A DNA stretch of 63,595 nt, filler included, from Choristocarpus tenellus KU-1152 (GCA_964200185.2; 5 parts of 5 records of this genome joined end to end with filler, not necessarily neighbours in it), one strand, 5' to 3'; positions 27,086 to 41,699 are shown, numbered from the whole stretch's first letter. A program made the numbers and translations. Notes: a model not told the origin generated them from the letters alone.

Positions 27086-30000
27086 TCACCTTCCTGGCGT
27101 GCCAGACAATTTCGCCCCTTCATCACGAGGAAATACCCTGCCCGTGTTGAGTGTCTGCAAGGCCTCCATGACACCTGTCCAGGCTGGTTTACGGCGGTAG
27201 CCCCTGTCCCACAGGAGAGGATCATCTTCACCATAGAAGTTGTGCACCCTGTTAACCCACCACAAGGATATAAATAGTCACCATTTTGCAATATCAGAAT
27301 CAGCTTCAGCAGGTTAAGAGGATAGATTACCTCAAATAGATTGCTTATGTGTGATGATGCAAATATCAATGGACTCAAGAAGAGTATTGGTAATAATGGG
27401 GACCCGTGCAAAGACCAGGGTCAGGGACCAAGGCCTCCCTCGACCAGGACCCCTGGTTGGCTTAAACTCAAGGGACCACAAACGTGGTAATCATGGAAAT
27501 CAGAGAATGGTGACTGAGGAGTTTCCATGAGGAGGAACCCATAAAACAGGGAGCACTACACATTCATGTAGGAAACATGCCATGAGTATGTGAGGGAAAA
27601 GTTGTCACTGCTCTTCCACGAAGCATTAAAAGCAGTATCCATACTGAGAGAAGTTCATGCCTCGCAGAGTAGTGATGCTCTGGCCTTGTCAATCACGACA
27701 CCTCCAGCATGCTATGTGCAGAGCTTCATGGGGCCAGGATCCTATATTAACAGTGCCTGTAGCATGTCATTGACTACATTAAGAACCTCTCCTTACACTC
27801 CATACATCATGCTTTCACTTGCAGCAGGCCACCCTGGACTAAATGCATCTGAAAAGTGCACCTGTGAAAAACTGTTTATTCTGCACCCCACGGCAAAAAA
27901 AGAACCTACTTTGCAGATGAACTGCACAAACTAAATGCATCAATTGTTTAACCTATCTTCACTCTAGCGTGGAGACTATCCTAGTCCATGGTCAAAGGCA
28001 CCACATATTACACTACTTCTCACACCGCCCATCCCACTACGACTGCCTCTGATCATATGTTGCTTCTTGAATGTTGGGTTTGACGACCACACCACCCATC
28101 GGTCTTCTCCATCTCTCGAATCTTCTGCAATACTCACTTCAGCGTTCCTCAACAATGAGGCGTTGCCACCTCATTTCAATTTTCCAGCACTTGTATGGTA
28201 TAGTGACAGACAGGATACTACTGGCGTATAATCTGTGGTGCTTCTGATGTGGACTTGGGATCATTGAAACCACTCTAGAAGGAAAAGAAGTAAGGCATCA
28301 AGGAGCTTCACACCCGTGTATATCTTCAAAGGATTGCCGACTTACAACCACTGACTGACCTATGAAGACAAAAATTGTACCAAGTAGCAAATAAATACAA
28401 ATAAAATATGTATCAGAGGCCCATAGTATTCTAGAGGAGGGGGGCATATGGTTATGTGGGGACTTTGTTACCCTGTAGTGAGTTTCATGTCATTGGAGTG
28501 AACATGCCAAATGTAAGGCCAATTGCTTTCATCTAGACACACCTTCCTTTTCCATCCACCTTCCTGGACCAAATCCGAAGGAAAATCACTAGCAAAACAG
28601 GCACCAAACTGGTGTGTTTTACAATACCTCATCAAGCCCCGAATCAACTATCTGAACTATTCCCTTCCTCCACCTAGGATACTATAGGCCATAACTACAG
28701 ATGGTAGCAAAGTATCCTATTCAAAAGCAAAGTTGTGGCCTGAGCTAAGTTCAACCCCGTTGGTTGAGTATGTACCCACTGATCTTTCGTCATGCAGGTT
28801 CCATAATTCAAAGGCAAAACCCAAATTGGACCGAATCCATTCATCTGGATTGGATGTGGAAAAAAAAGACTTCTTATGCAGTGTCTACTTCAAATCCAGA
28901 TGCATTGACATGAGCTAAATCAATGAGCTACACTTCATTTTCATTGATCATGGATATTATTGATGATTTGGAGGGCAAAAAAATTGTCGTGATATGGCGG
29001 GTACTGCAAGGAGAGACGAAACTTGAATGTCCTGACATAATTCAACGACAGCAACAATGATTAGGCATAATTTGTCACAAAAAATAACTTCAAACCCGGC
29101 GGGTGACACCACCAAAAACTCCGATAGCCCAACTATCGAAGTAAATTTCCACTTTCTGTTCAACAATGTACCTGAGACACCTACTTGTAGAAATATAAAT
29201 TCTCAGGTACTTCCTAGGTAAACAACTTCAAAATGACCCAGTATCACCTCAAAATCTTGGTAGTAACAACAAAAGTGTATAGGGGTCAATTCTCAGGCCC
29301 TGGCTAACAATCCATCACATAAGGTGTACTAAACCCCTACAAATATTACTAATCACATTACTACATCACAAATCTTCAGTCTGATCGAAATGAAACTGTG
29401 GTCAAAGAGGCAAAAAAACACACAAAAAAGATCAATCACAGCAGAGTGTGAAACCATTTTAGAGGTGGGTCAATTCAGAACCTTTCAAGTTCTTAGGACT
29501 TTTTGGACCTTGTGCAACATACACCATACCCATGCCTGAAATGCAGTTGACCTCCCTCAAAAGGGTGTGGCTGTAGAAAATTAGCTGTGAACACAATGTT
29601 AGCATAAAATGCCCTCTACAATGCTCAAAACACAAAACACCACAGGGCAACCGTAGGCCCACCCCTCTTAGATGGTATCACTCAGTAGGAAAGAAGCAAA
29701 TATTTGTACAAAAATCAAGAAAATAGAGCAATAAAAGAAATCAGAAACAATCAAGGCACCTCTCAATCCCGTTGGGGCCATGTCAAGATCTACCATAATG
29801 GTCTCTTATTTTTTCTATGATCCAAATTTGTAAGATTGAAGAGGGTACAGGAGGTTGCATTAAGAAGTCAACACAGTAAAAGCCTGTTTGATGCACATGT
29901 TTCTTTTCTCATTAGGCCCACTGCCCTGTACACCTTATTGCCATTGTAATTAATATATTCATTGCTATTAAAACCATCTTGACTCATTGACACTTGACCT

Positions 30001-33000
30001 GGCATCCATAAATCATATTTACAGCCTTCCACCAGATGAGGCCATCAACCACCAACTGCACCAGCTACTGTCACGCTTGCTCTTGAGAAGCAACACTCCC
30101 ACCCCTCCCCTCCCTCCCCCAAAAGAGGAAGTTTTCTTCATAATCACTTGAGTTGTCCTCAGTACTACTATACGAACGACTCCAATTCTGCTACACTGGA
30201 AGTATACACACTATACAAAAAAAACTCATGTTTTACCTTTCCCCAACACCAACCATAAATGTTGTGACCAAGAAATAACAGAGCCATTTGCACAGGACTT
30301 ACAAAGGCTAACACTGTAATCACTCACCAGCTGTGAACGTCTGAAACACCCCAAAATGTCACCCCAGAAAAGGAAGGTTCAGCAAATGCCGCTGTAAGGA
30401 TATCTCGGTAGATCTCACGCTGGGCTTGAAAAGCATCAATCGTGTGAGGAAGCTGTCCACACCACAAAAGAGCAATTGGGGAGGGTTTCAATCCACTGCT
30501 TAGAATCAGAGAGAGCATCAGAGTAGCACAGATTCCCCTCAAAATAAGATGGGAACTACCTAAGAATCGTGATTCAGATTGGTGTTTGACAGTGAAATAA
30601 GAAGGACGATCTTTTTTGGACAAGCTGCAGATAAAATCCCCCACGTCACCCCATTTAAGCTGATTAAAGAGTGCAGGGCCGGAAGGTTAGTATGAAGGTA
30701 TGATTGACATTGGCAATGATGACATAAGGTGCACTTGGAATGCCGTCAATATATTTCACACAGAGTTCCGTACCATCAACCTAGTCACCCCATTCCTTAA
30801 CATACTGTATCTACTAAGTCATAACAGAGACAGCAAGACAAGTATACCGAGATGGTCTCTACAAAGCAAAAGCACGCACCGAAATACCCTGAAGCAACTA
30901 TAGTATGACTTTCACTATCAAACAATACTAAATAATGCACTCTGCAGTCCATAGTGTACATTAAGTGCAGCAGTGCTGGTCCTCATATTATTGTTGAAAC
31001 TCAAGCTCAGCCCCGAGAACATAGAACGTTTTCCATTGTCCTGAAATGTGTTACTCCAACAACCACAAACAAGAGGCATATGTACATGTTTTCTGGTCAG
31101 GAAGACGGTGCAGATGATGCCATTTTTGTAGGTCAAGGGATAGAAATAAATTCAATCCTGCGACACAGGTCCCACATCTTGTCGATCAAGAACACAATGC
31201 CGTCTTGTTTTAAACTGAACCACCCGCATATCAAAATAAGATGCTTAGTAATAAATACATAAATCTACATATTTTTTAATCAGGTGAAGCAGTTCAAACA
31301 TGCCCTTTGCGTCAAAAATGGCACAAAAATGAAAGAAGGAAAATACACCCGCTTTGCAATTCTAAGGGATACCGTACTCTCTGGCAAAATGGAAGAAAGT
31401 GAAGAAAGTAATGGAACCTTGTCCTTGTAATGTGATGATGCTCTGTATAGATCCTTGCTCCTTGAGCAGGGACAAACAGGGGATGCTCTAACGGAGTAGA
31501 GTTTATTCCTGGACAAGGGACAAACAATGATGCTCTGAGGAGAGCTTTATCGTCTGAGAAAGGACCAGATGATTCACTGAGAAGAGGCTTGGTCCTTGAG
31601 CAAGGACGGGAAAAGTATTTTTGAATACGACCATGTGACAGTATACTATCCAGCTTAGGTACAGTGAATACCAGAGAAACATGAGTGAGAATCAAGGGGG
31701 GAACCTCTGTGTCACATCCCCCTTGTCTTTCTCCTGAGTCAGTGCCTAGTTGGGACCAAAACTGTGTGTACAATTATGAACTATTTGGCGTATATCAGCC
31801 TTAAGTTTATGTGTGAACAGTTTACAGGTGAGTGAATCGTCCTATTGCACCTGTCTTGACTGAAAAGTACAATCTGATCTACACCTGCAGTCAATGCATC
31901 AGGTATGGTCAGGTGTCAACTATATATAGTAAAGGGGAACATAAACTCCAATACTCCTGTCCAATCATACCTCAATATCTGTCCTACACACATTGTGGCT
32001 CTGTCAGATACAAATGTTGGATGTGGGACACATGTAGGTCCTACCAACAAGTATACAGTGTGATGATCAATGTTTCTACACCCAACCCCGATTCATAGAC
32101 TAGGCTAACCAGAGTACCTATCATTAGATGAAACTGAATTCATATTGAATAACAGTGGAGATACAATGTGTAAATTTTAACCCTGCCCAGGTGTTTTGAA
32201 ACCTCTCCCCCACAAAGCTCCACATACTCAACCACTGACTTACCAGGAGGGGGGGGGGGAGACTCGAAAATCAAACAAGAGACAAAACAATCAACTGTTG
32301 AAATACTTACAACAAAAATTCACACTTACATCAGTCTGAGGGATCCCAGACCCATGGTTGAAAGGTGGTCAAAAGAAGGCAATACACACTGTTTGAGAAA
32401 TGCAAGTACTACAAAAGAATTAAAGACAAGCAGCAAGTATCTTTTCTACAGTAACACAATTTACATGCATGTACAGTAACATTTTGGGGGGGGACTTTGC
32501 ATGGCTGATTCCTTCTCTTAATTTTGATTTGACATCAGGGAACAAGTATACCTTATGCGAGTAAGTCAATAAAAATAAAAATAGCTCAATTTCGTTGATA
32601 TTCACTATAGACTTATATGTAAAGAATTTCAAAAAAAAAAAGTGTCCTTTATTGTTTGGAATTTTTCCATATATAGCTTTATAATTGTTGTTGTACAAGA
32701 AAATAAGAAAACCAAACTATTGATCAACTATTCAGATATGAAAAACCATTTACACCCATGTGAGGTACTTGTTCAAGGGTGTCAAATAAAATACCAACAC
32801 AAATTAGCCACTTGTGCCCTGATAAAAATGCCACTGCTTGCATGCACTTGAGGGATTTTCGACATCAATTTTGTTGCAATAGGAAATGGGCTGAAAGAAG
32901 AAAGATAAACAAAGGAGAGAGGAGTAAGAACCCAGCGTATCCACCAGGGTAACAAAGCCAAACCAGATCTAATACACTAATACCCAGAAAAAAGTAAGTC

Positions 33001-36000
33001 ATGCAAGGTCCAGCTGAGCTAAACACAAACACACACACACACACACGCACGCACGCACACGCACACACATACTCATCCCATATCACACAAAGGAAACAAG
33101 GGAAAGAAAAAGGAGGGATGAAAGTATAACAAACACAAAAAAGAGAAAAACACTCAGAGAGCAACATTCAGCAGACAGTTGTGGTGGTGGTGGTGGTTAC
33201 AACTTGTTGGGCTACCTTACCTACTGCTTTTTCCATTATGAAAATCAGCAATCAAAGACTACCTCGAAAGTCAATCGACCATGACTCATTGTGCCGCCAG
33301 CAACACACCCATACAACCCCTGTTGGTTCGTTGCACTTTCCACTCCATCCATCAACCTCAACCCCAAACTTCGCAAGGTGGTCTTGCAGACATATCTACC
33401 AGTTCTTCTCCTGTCCACATGCCTCTTGTTATCCATCTTCTGCGAGCTCCCCAAACATTTAACACCTCAGGAAGTCATTCATCCGCTATGCGTGCAACTG
33501 ACCCTGCCAAAAGGAGTCTCCGTTTTTCGAACAGTTGCCTTCATACTCTCACACCCAGTCTTCGCGGGGGCATCTCTGGAGGGCGGCAGTGCATGAACAG
33601 TGTGTCCCCTTTTTCCAAACCCGATGCAATGTGGAAGAAGTTTGTGCTGATGGGAGCGAAGCTTCATCTAACAGACCCAACAAAGCACTCATGTCACACT
33701 GACGTGTAACAAAACCTCCACTACTTCAGCCTTGACAATTCACTCCTTAAACTCAAGTGATACATCTGAGGTCCTCTAACAAAGCACTTGGCATAAACAA
33801 CACCAAGCACTTTGGATCCTTCAGCTTATCTCGGCAATGATAGCAGCTTCATCTCTGAAGGTGCCTCCAGGGAAAATAAAACTGCCGTTCCTCTTATAGT
33901 TCTGGCCCAATGCCGGGATCTGCATGCTGTGTATTTATTGGGAGGCTGAAGGTATATGGTCTCCGTCTTCAGCACTGACACAGTTAGCCCAAATGACCTG
34001 GCCATGTTCACAATCACTGCCATCACTCTCGCCAAGCCTCCTTGGGTTTTAGACAAAATACTCACATCATCAGCATATAGCATACCCCACAGGAGCAGCT
34101 CAAGAGTTGTTCCACTCCCTGTTGCTCCTCCTCAAACGATATGGCTGTTTGCGGGTGCCCTCTTCATGACAACAAGATCCTTGGAGATGGTTGGGTCAGA
34201 GGTGACTTTCTCCACTTTGACACTTAGCAGTGCAGTGAAAAAGAGGTTGAAAAGGATGGAAGCGTGAACACACGCTTGTCGAAGGCCCTATCCAATCTCG
34301 AACCAGTCTGCACGCTCTCCATTGTGTTGCCCCATAAACATACACTTCGAAGGATGCTGTACTACATTTTGCAATCTCACATACAAAACACAAGCACACA
34401 AACACAAAAGAGCATACTGCATTTCAAAGTAGAGATCCTTGTGGTCGCGGCAACAAAAGAGAAAAAGACCTCAACAAACACACACACGCACACATTAACA
34501 TATATATATGCATAGATTCCTACACATCTCAATGGACTACCGCAAGAAGCCAGGCGGCACAGACCTCACCAACCTTGCGGACACGGACATCCATCTCACT
34601 GATGTTCACCTCCAGGCCCATCTCTCCCAGTCTGCGTATGTTACGGCGTATGGAGTGGGGAGTGGGAGTCCTCCTGAAACCCTTACCGCAGCTGTCCAAA
34701 TGTGCCTGTAGTCCAACACCATGGACAGGAACCCCACGATCCTTCATGCCTTGAACATAATTCGCAGCACAGCAATCAAAGTGGAGAGTTTGATTTTATT
34801 CATCGCAAGATACTTCAAGGTAGAAGAAAGGAGCCACTGGAGGTGTCAAATGTCATACAACAACTCGTCAGTCACCAATTACTCACCCAACAAAATCACG
34901 ACTTATAATCTTGCTGAGAATGATTTATAGAAACACAAAAGGGAACAGTCAGTTACACTTGAACCCCTTTAAAAAACACCGTAGACAACAAGCTAAATGA
35001 TGTTGGCGAGTCTGAACTAAGTACCAAGCATGAACACAAGCATACCAATACTCACATCTCAAAAACAGAGCACCTTCCATCTGCAGGGCATCTACAACAA
35101 TGCAAAGACAAAGACACACACAATGGCACAACTTCTTAGGCACTGTACCTCGCAGCAGTTTCACCATGGCATCTGCCTTATCCGAACGACCATCAGGAAG
35201 TCCAGCACCTTCTACTTTATCGTCATTGTAGAACAGCTTCACATTGGGGTCCACCTTCACAGGAAGGGGGCAAACAAATGAGAAGTGTGAATGTGACGGA
35301 CGTTTAAAGAGTTTGAATCCATGAGTAGTGGTGTGCGTGCCTATCCATCACTGAACTTCTGGTAGTATGAGTAGAATCTTGGGAGAGCCAGTTTGGTTGG
35401 GCATTGTGCCCAGGGACTCATTTGTGAAAGTCGGTTCCCTCCAACTAACCAAATTGTAAAACAAAAGTGAATTAAGAATAAAAAAGATGGATTTTGTGGC
35501 TCCCACTACAGATCAAGTGTGTACTCCTTGTTCAAATTACCACAAATTCTAAACTAGAGTATATGCTACATAACTGAATAACAACGTGTACATTGATTTT
35601 GAAGCATTTTCTAACCCCAACCCTAATCCTATCCTAATCTAAAGTCCCAACCACAGAGTAGTAGTAATTCAAACACATGCTGTCAACCCTACCATCCAAT
35701 GTTAATACTCCACCACTGAACGAGTGGGTCACACATCTCCTTCCATAGGAATACATGTAGTTGCACAAGGTAAATAGGTGCCAGGCAATGAAGAACCCAA
35801 AAGCGGGGAGGGATACTGCAAGGTGGTGGAGTGCCACAAGTAAGGGTAGGAACATCAAAACCTGATCCAGAAAAGACTAGACCAAAGGTGAAAACCAACA
35901 CCAAGACCAGTAGTAATCATTGTACAAAGAACTGAAACATGTCAAGAGAGTTATTGATAGTCTCAACTCAAAGCATCACCACTGGGGCAGTCATAATCAT

Positions 36001-39000
36001 TTCACAATTCAAAAGGGACATGCTGTTCTTGTTATAATCATTGGTAAACAAGCAATCTACCTGGTGGGCTACTCTAAAGCAGTCATCGATGTAGCTTGGA
36101 CCCAGCTTGCGCAGAAACACATTATCAGCAAGGTTTCCACTGCAGTCCTGTTCTTGTGAGATAAGACAAGGGTATAATGAGCCATGGAAAGGGGAGAGCA
36201 GGGTGATAAACAGGGAGATGGCAAAGACTTGATAAGAAACATAAAACACTTGCTTAATTCCAAGTTGCCAGATTTGGATACACCACCGTGCCACCAGGGG
36301 AGTCACTCATGTAACATACTACCCCAGCAGACAATACTATATGTCTATATATGACAAATCAGAGGTTGTGGGTTTGAATCCCAGCTGGATCGCTCTCCTG
36401 ACTCCCTACAGTGGGAGGGAAAATAATGAATGAGAGGGGGGATTCAGGAAACGGGCTCAATGGAAAACATGAAGATTGAGGTGACTGTATGCGAATTGTG
36501 CGGACTAGGAGGGGGTGGTAACCAGCAGATTAAGCCAGGTCGCACCTAGGCCTCTGATATTTTCAAATATTGAGACACTACAGAACTACCAGGGCAGTAA
36601 GTCGAGGGACTTCTGCCCCAATGATATCTCAGTGCTTAACACAAGTAGGTTCGCAGACAATAGTATATTCACTCCAACACTACCACCACATGGCACTAAT
36701 GATGGTGGAGATTCAGTCAATCTCAGCATATGTTTGAGAATTCCAATTATCCAGCACCCCTCGCCCCATGAACACTTGCATGATTCAGCGCCTCGTTGAC
36801 AACATCCCAAGAGACACAGCGTCCATAGAAGTGACCAACAGTTGTCCTGATGTGCCTTCAACCAATCAGGGTAGAGCAGGACAGGGAGGAGCGGATGGGT
36901 TGGGGATTTCTTTCAGCTTGTTGACAAAGCAGGCCAATGGCAGAGAAGTCATGCATACAATGTCTCCATTTTTACAAAATGTCTGCATATAATACTAAGG
37001 ACTTGACTGACTCTTCAACACCCTTAAGGAAAACAAAATGCATATCAGAAGGGAGGGGACAGTGTGCCAAATCCATACAGCACTGAAATACCGGTGTTCT
37101 GCTGGGGCAGACAGAAGTGTAACTGTCTACCCTGACGGAACAGTGTTGACTCAGAATTTGACAAAATCAGAGGCTGTCAGCATCATATTTAAGTGGGCAA
37201 TCACCGCACTGATCGAACAATCTCTACCCGAGCGGTCGTGTCAATCTTTGTTTTTATCCTTGCACCTATTCCGAACTTCACTCTAGTTCTATCCTCCAGC
37301 CGTAGGGAGACAGTAAAGCAGCCAAGCCAAGATTCCATTCCACAACCTTGGACTTTGACAAGTATTGAAGCACCACAAATTTATCCGTCCCCGTGGAATA
37401 GTGACATCTCAATATTTTCCAAAAAAAAAAAAAATGAGATGAGAGCTCAGGGAGAGTACACAGTTCGTGAGGAGATGACCCACGGAATATGCTGAATAGG
37501 ATACGGCATTGGTGTAAATTTATAATAAGGCACAAAGTGCCCTCCTTGAATGAAGGTATTCATCTCCTTTTCCCAAACCCTGGCTGCTTTAGGAGAGCAT
37601 TCAGGTGAATCCTCCAAGTACACCATCACATTACTACAACATGGGGGATCTTCTTCTCCCTTTCCATACAGGAAGTGGTCCTAGCTACTCACACGGATAA
37701 TATCCAAAATGATATCCTCACTGTCCAAACCTCCAAAACTACTAGCCTAGGCCACTAATTATTGGTAAAACCTAAAGATTCCCACACTCAGGCCCCTAGC
37801 TTGTAAGAAAGATATATTTTGGCACCAAGATGTCTAAACCATCAAGTCTCAAGGATCCTAAACGAAAAATATGGCCCTTACTCCTTTGCACTGTTGTTTT
37901 GTGCAGATTAGAGAATTCGAGTCCACTGCATCTATCTCAAAAACAGTTCAGGGTTGAAACATTCAACACTGAACCCCAGGATGCAGGCATATGATTAAGG
38001 TATCACCAAAGAGATGACCTAGATTCTTGGAGCTATTCAAGTCATCAAGCAATCTATTGGTGCATAACCAAATCCACATGAGGGGACCTGCTCTGGACGT
38101 AATGGCTGACAAGTCGGTCCACATTAAAATGTAACCAAGCTCTCAACAATTAAACGCTAACATTATGGTGGCAAAGAAGGAGACCCCTTCACCAACAAGA
38201 TATGAACCAAGTCTCTGGTCACGAAAGCCTAGACTCCCTGCTGCAACACACCAACAAAAGAAATCCCATTTCATCGACATAATGGTACCACCTCCCATGA
38301 GTCAAAACTGGAAGTAAGATAAAGGAGATTGAGACTAAGAATCAATCCTTCTTGCTTTGTGGTGGACTGAGTGTGTAGCCCCCTAACAATCAGACAGACA
38401 CATTCGTCCTTACTTGCCTCTTGACAAACGCGTGACAACAGCCTCCCTTGGTCCACTCCCAGACACTCAATCTTTCATGAAACTCGAACATAGCAAATGC
38501 TTGCACAGAATTGCACATCTAGTGTACATATGCACATAGTCACAGGCACGAGGAAGGAAGCATCTCCACAGGATTCTATCACATCCGAATGTCTCTCAAC
38601 TCGTTTCCTCAAGATTCCGGCCTACATTTCTAACGTCACCTGTAGAGCGCTTCTCTAAGGCGACACGTTCCAAGGGACTCAAGCCATTTAGGAGATGCAA
38701 CATCCCAGCACAATGCGTGACCTTTCACTGCCATATTACGGTCACGGGCCCAGTCGACCAACTTGTCCGCCTGTGTGAAGTCATAAACACCCTACCAGGA
38801 GTTTGACAAAGCGGAGGTAGTATTATCCATCGTGAGTTGCGACAAGTGTAATAGCAAAGGGCCTTGGGCTTAAACTTGGCGACTACATCAATATTTGAAC
38901 CCAAAGTCCTTAAGTGGGGCGCTCAACCAGTACTCTAAGGGAGTTAACGGTGGGATTCAAGGACGGAAAGATGCTGATGGGTCGAGCAAGGTGGTGCCAG

Positions 39001-40464
39001 CGAATGCAGCATAGAACATTTCTACGGGACCAACAGGCGAATTACTAACTCACCTCCCGTCCTCCGACAAGTAATGGCTCCCACTTGTGGTTGTACTCCA
39101 ACACCACGCTGTTGAACTCTGTGTTGATCGAAAGGGCCGTTGTTCAGGGATTATGGTTTACGCCGAGAGAGTATAGTTCCATTGTCACAAGCTCTTTTCA
39201 CGAATCATCTCTTTGAACTGGGATCTTTCTTATTTCCTATGGCCAATAACAGCATATTGGTGTGTCAAGGCAGTAGGGCAATACATATATACACACGCTT
39301 TGGATCATAGTACCTTTGCTAAGGATCTCTTCGTAGGGCAAATCTTTCCGGTCCACGTACTCCGGTAATAATGCTGCCCCAACGTGCACTGATTTACAGG
39401 CAAGGGAGGCAGCGCCTCGAAGAGTTACGAGGTCATGAACCAGAGTGTCCGACATCCTGTGTTGATCTCTCACCACTTCTCTCCGCAAATCACATTCCGT
39501 CGCGCGATTAGTGGGATCTCGCGCGTCGAAGTGGTTGTTTGATATTGGTGGTGAGGTTGATTCCACATCTCTACAACATGGAAGACACAAGACCCAGATC
39601 ATCGCCCGAACGCTCTTCATGATGCTTCCTACCTTGCTTAGAAATTCGTACACCTAGGGGAAGCAGTTATGCCACAGCATATGAACCTCAAAGATGAGCC
39701 CTATATCGAGATCCTTGGGCGAGGTGTAAAATGACCCTTTCCTCTGTGCAAGGTGGCACAACAATGTCAAGAAGATATTAAATGATACCCTTGAACTTTT
39801 CTCGCAGGTATAGCCAAGTGCTAAATGACCAAACCACATATATTCACTTGAAGTTATGCGCTGAATGGTCAACGCCAAGGTACTTGAGGTCCAGCTGCAT
39901 GGCTGGTTTTGCCAAGAAACACTACGGAAGCTTAGCCTCCCAACACTTCGAACTCCTACCACATTATACCACTTTCATAAAATAGGAACAGAATGCACCC
40001 ACCACATACTTTTATTTAAAGATGCCCTCATAGAAACAGCGCAGAAATGAAGACTCCTATTTTGTTGATGGGTTGCAGATAAGTGGGGGATTGGTGACTT
40101 CTCAAGGTTCTGATGTTTCAGAAATTTGAAAAAAAATGGGACCAGGGTGAGTAGGAGGAGAACTACGTGTTAACTACTAGTACAAAGTCATTGAAACCTC
40201 ATTATCTTGGTTGTGGGACGGCATACAAGACCAGAAAACCCACAATAGTTGTACGGGTGCATGGTTAAAAGAATCATGCAGTCCGAGGACATACACTAAC
40301 CAAGCCGTAGGAACAGCAGCAATCCACCAAGTTAAAGCAGCTAGAGCAAATGAGGTCGCACCCATCACATCTTCTATTTTGGTATCTTTCTTTGTTCGTT
40401 GTGATATGTGAGGTGTGTTGTCCAGATTGGTAGGTGCGTTCCCGAGCTTTCCTAAGACCCTCAT
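27086..40464 (-). CDS. Glycoside hydrolase family 10 (xylanase-like) with an N-terminal hydrophobic anchor
   Basis: Ten in-frame exons: 40464-40198, 39653-39314, 39118-39054, 38791-38640, 36855-36780, 36147-36061, 35254-35149, 34749-34574, 30452-30328 and 27248-27086. Motifs VKGHALCW, WDVVNE (acid/base), LFYND, GVGLQAH, ISEMDV (nucleophile), TFWGVSDVHSW and PLLWD...KPAW. Confidence 0.9.
33826..34300 (-). mobile_element. Non-LTR (RTE-like) reverse transcriptase fragment in a GH10 intron
   Basis: GLRQAC...ILFNLFF, MLYADD and FGLTVSVLKTE RT motifs; frameshifted and truncated. Confidence 0.8.
36352..36393 (+). pseudogene. tRNA-like 3' half (possible tRNA-derived SINE relic)
   Basis: AATCAGAGGTTGTGGGTTTGAATCCCAGCTGGATCG has a B-box/T-arm-like stem-loop; no recognisable 5' half. 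Confidence 0.3.
37500..38260 (-). mobile_element. Possible degenerate Copia RT relic
   Basis: KAARVWEKEMNTF resembles the Copia RT motif KQAxRxWxxxL; many stops. Confidence 0.25.
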
Positions 40465-40949
40465 GATGCTGATGACGTCGCCGACGTTTTGTTCTCTGCT
40501 GAGTGCTTCACTGCTACTTGTATGGTAGTGATTTGTGATGGTCTTGATTTTCCTTTCTACTTCGAGTTCTTTATATTGTTCCGTGTGACGTATAGAATAT
40601 CAAATTTCACCATGAAGTAGATGTCGTGCGTGTGCTGGGAGGCAAACTGATCACTCCTTTGTGGCAAGTAGGTTAACCCTTTTCCTCCTGCTGAAGTGCA
40701 TACGCGTCTATTTTATGGTTCATTTGTGGGAAGAAAGTTTAAAGAATATCAGAATCGGGCATTGTATGAATCAAATCTAGTTTCATGTACATTTTGTCCC
40801 ACAGACCAAATTGGACGTTTTAGTAAATGCCGTTCTTTTCAACTCACTTGTACCACAAAATTGACCTTTTGAGAATGCTGGTGATCAAGAAACCTCTTGA
40901 ACATGGTGCAGGGTCGTGCTTTGGCTGTAGTTTTGATTAATGTGCTAAT

Positions 40950-41680
40950 AAAAATATTGTACCTGGTGTTTCAACCAACAAGGAAGGAATAATGCCGCAT
41001 AGCACAACGGCACTACATTATTTCTGGCTTTTGGATGAAAATCTCAATCCTGGATTGGGTTTAGTGGGTCTCGAAATTGATTGGTGCAAATTGCTTGTGA
41101 AGAGTGATGGCACACGGCCTCCATCCAGTTAGTGCTGGATCATGCCGTGTAATGACGGTTTACATTGATGTTGCAGCTACAATTTATTAAAACCAGTGAT
41201 ACTGCTGGCTTGCAGAAAACTGAGTCATGAGGAGCTATAGAAGATCAAAGGAGGAATCCAGTAACAGGAATGTTACTAAAATTGTCACAGCAGAACTTGA
41301 AGGAGAAGGTTAACATGCACCTACGCACTTGTGCAAGGGTTTGTTGTCTTACGAGATGATGGAAGGTTGGGAAAGGGTCTTGGTGAGGGCGAACAATAAT
41401 GGAGTTGTGACCACAAACTTCAGCTGGAGGAAAATTGTGGGATTGAAGGTACAAACTAGCAGCGTTGCATGCGATGTGCTTTGGAAGGGCTTGAGATATG
41501 GTCAGCCTGTTTTGAGCTTACTTAGTGAGTAGTGGGCACATCTCCAGCTGCGAAATTGACATTGTTGTCATGTCAATTGGTAGGTAGTGGGCTCCAACTG
41601 CTGCTATGCTTCACTCAATAAGTTCAATGAGTCCACCATCTCGTAATGGAAGGTTGGAAGGGTGCCTTGCCGAGACTCAC
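40950..41680 (-). mobile_element. Possible degenerate non-LTR retrotransposon 3' relic
   Basis: LPLRDGGL resembles the LINE RT-thumb motif LPxxxGGLG; highly disrupted. Confidence 0.3.
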
Positions 41681-41699
41681 TCCATAAAACTCTAGGAGC

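Noticed and set aside
28957-29172. Alternative last GH10 exon
   Set aside because: It lacks the PLLxD...KPA motif, which is present in the exon at 27248-27086.
33465-33668. Extra GH10 exon
   Set aside because: All three frames contain stops, and the flanking exons already join in frame (DVRVRK|LPHTID).
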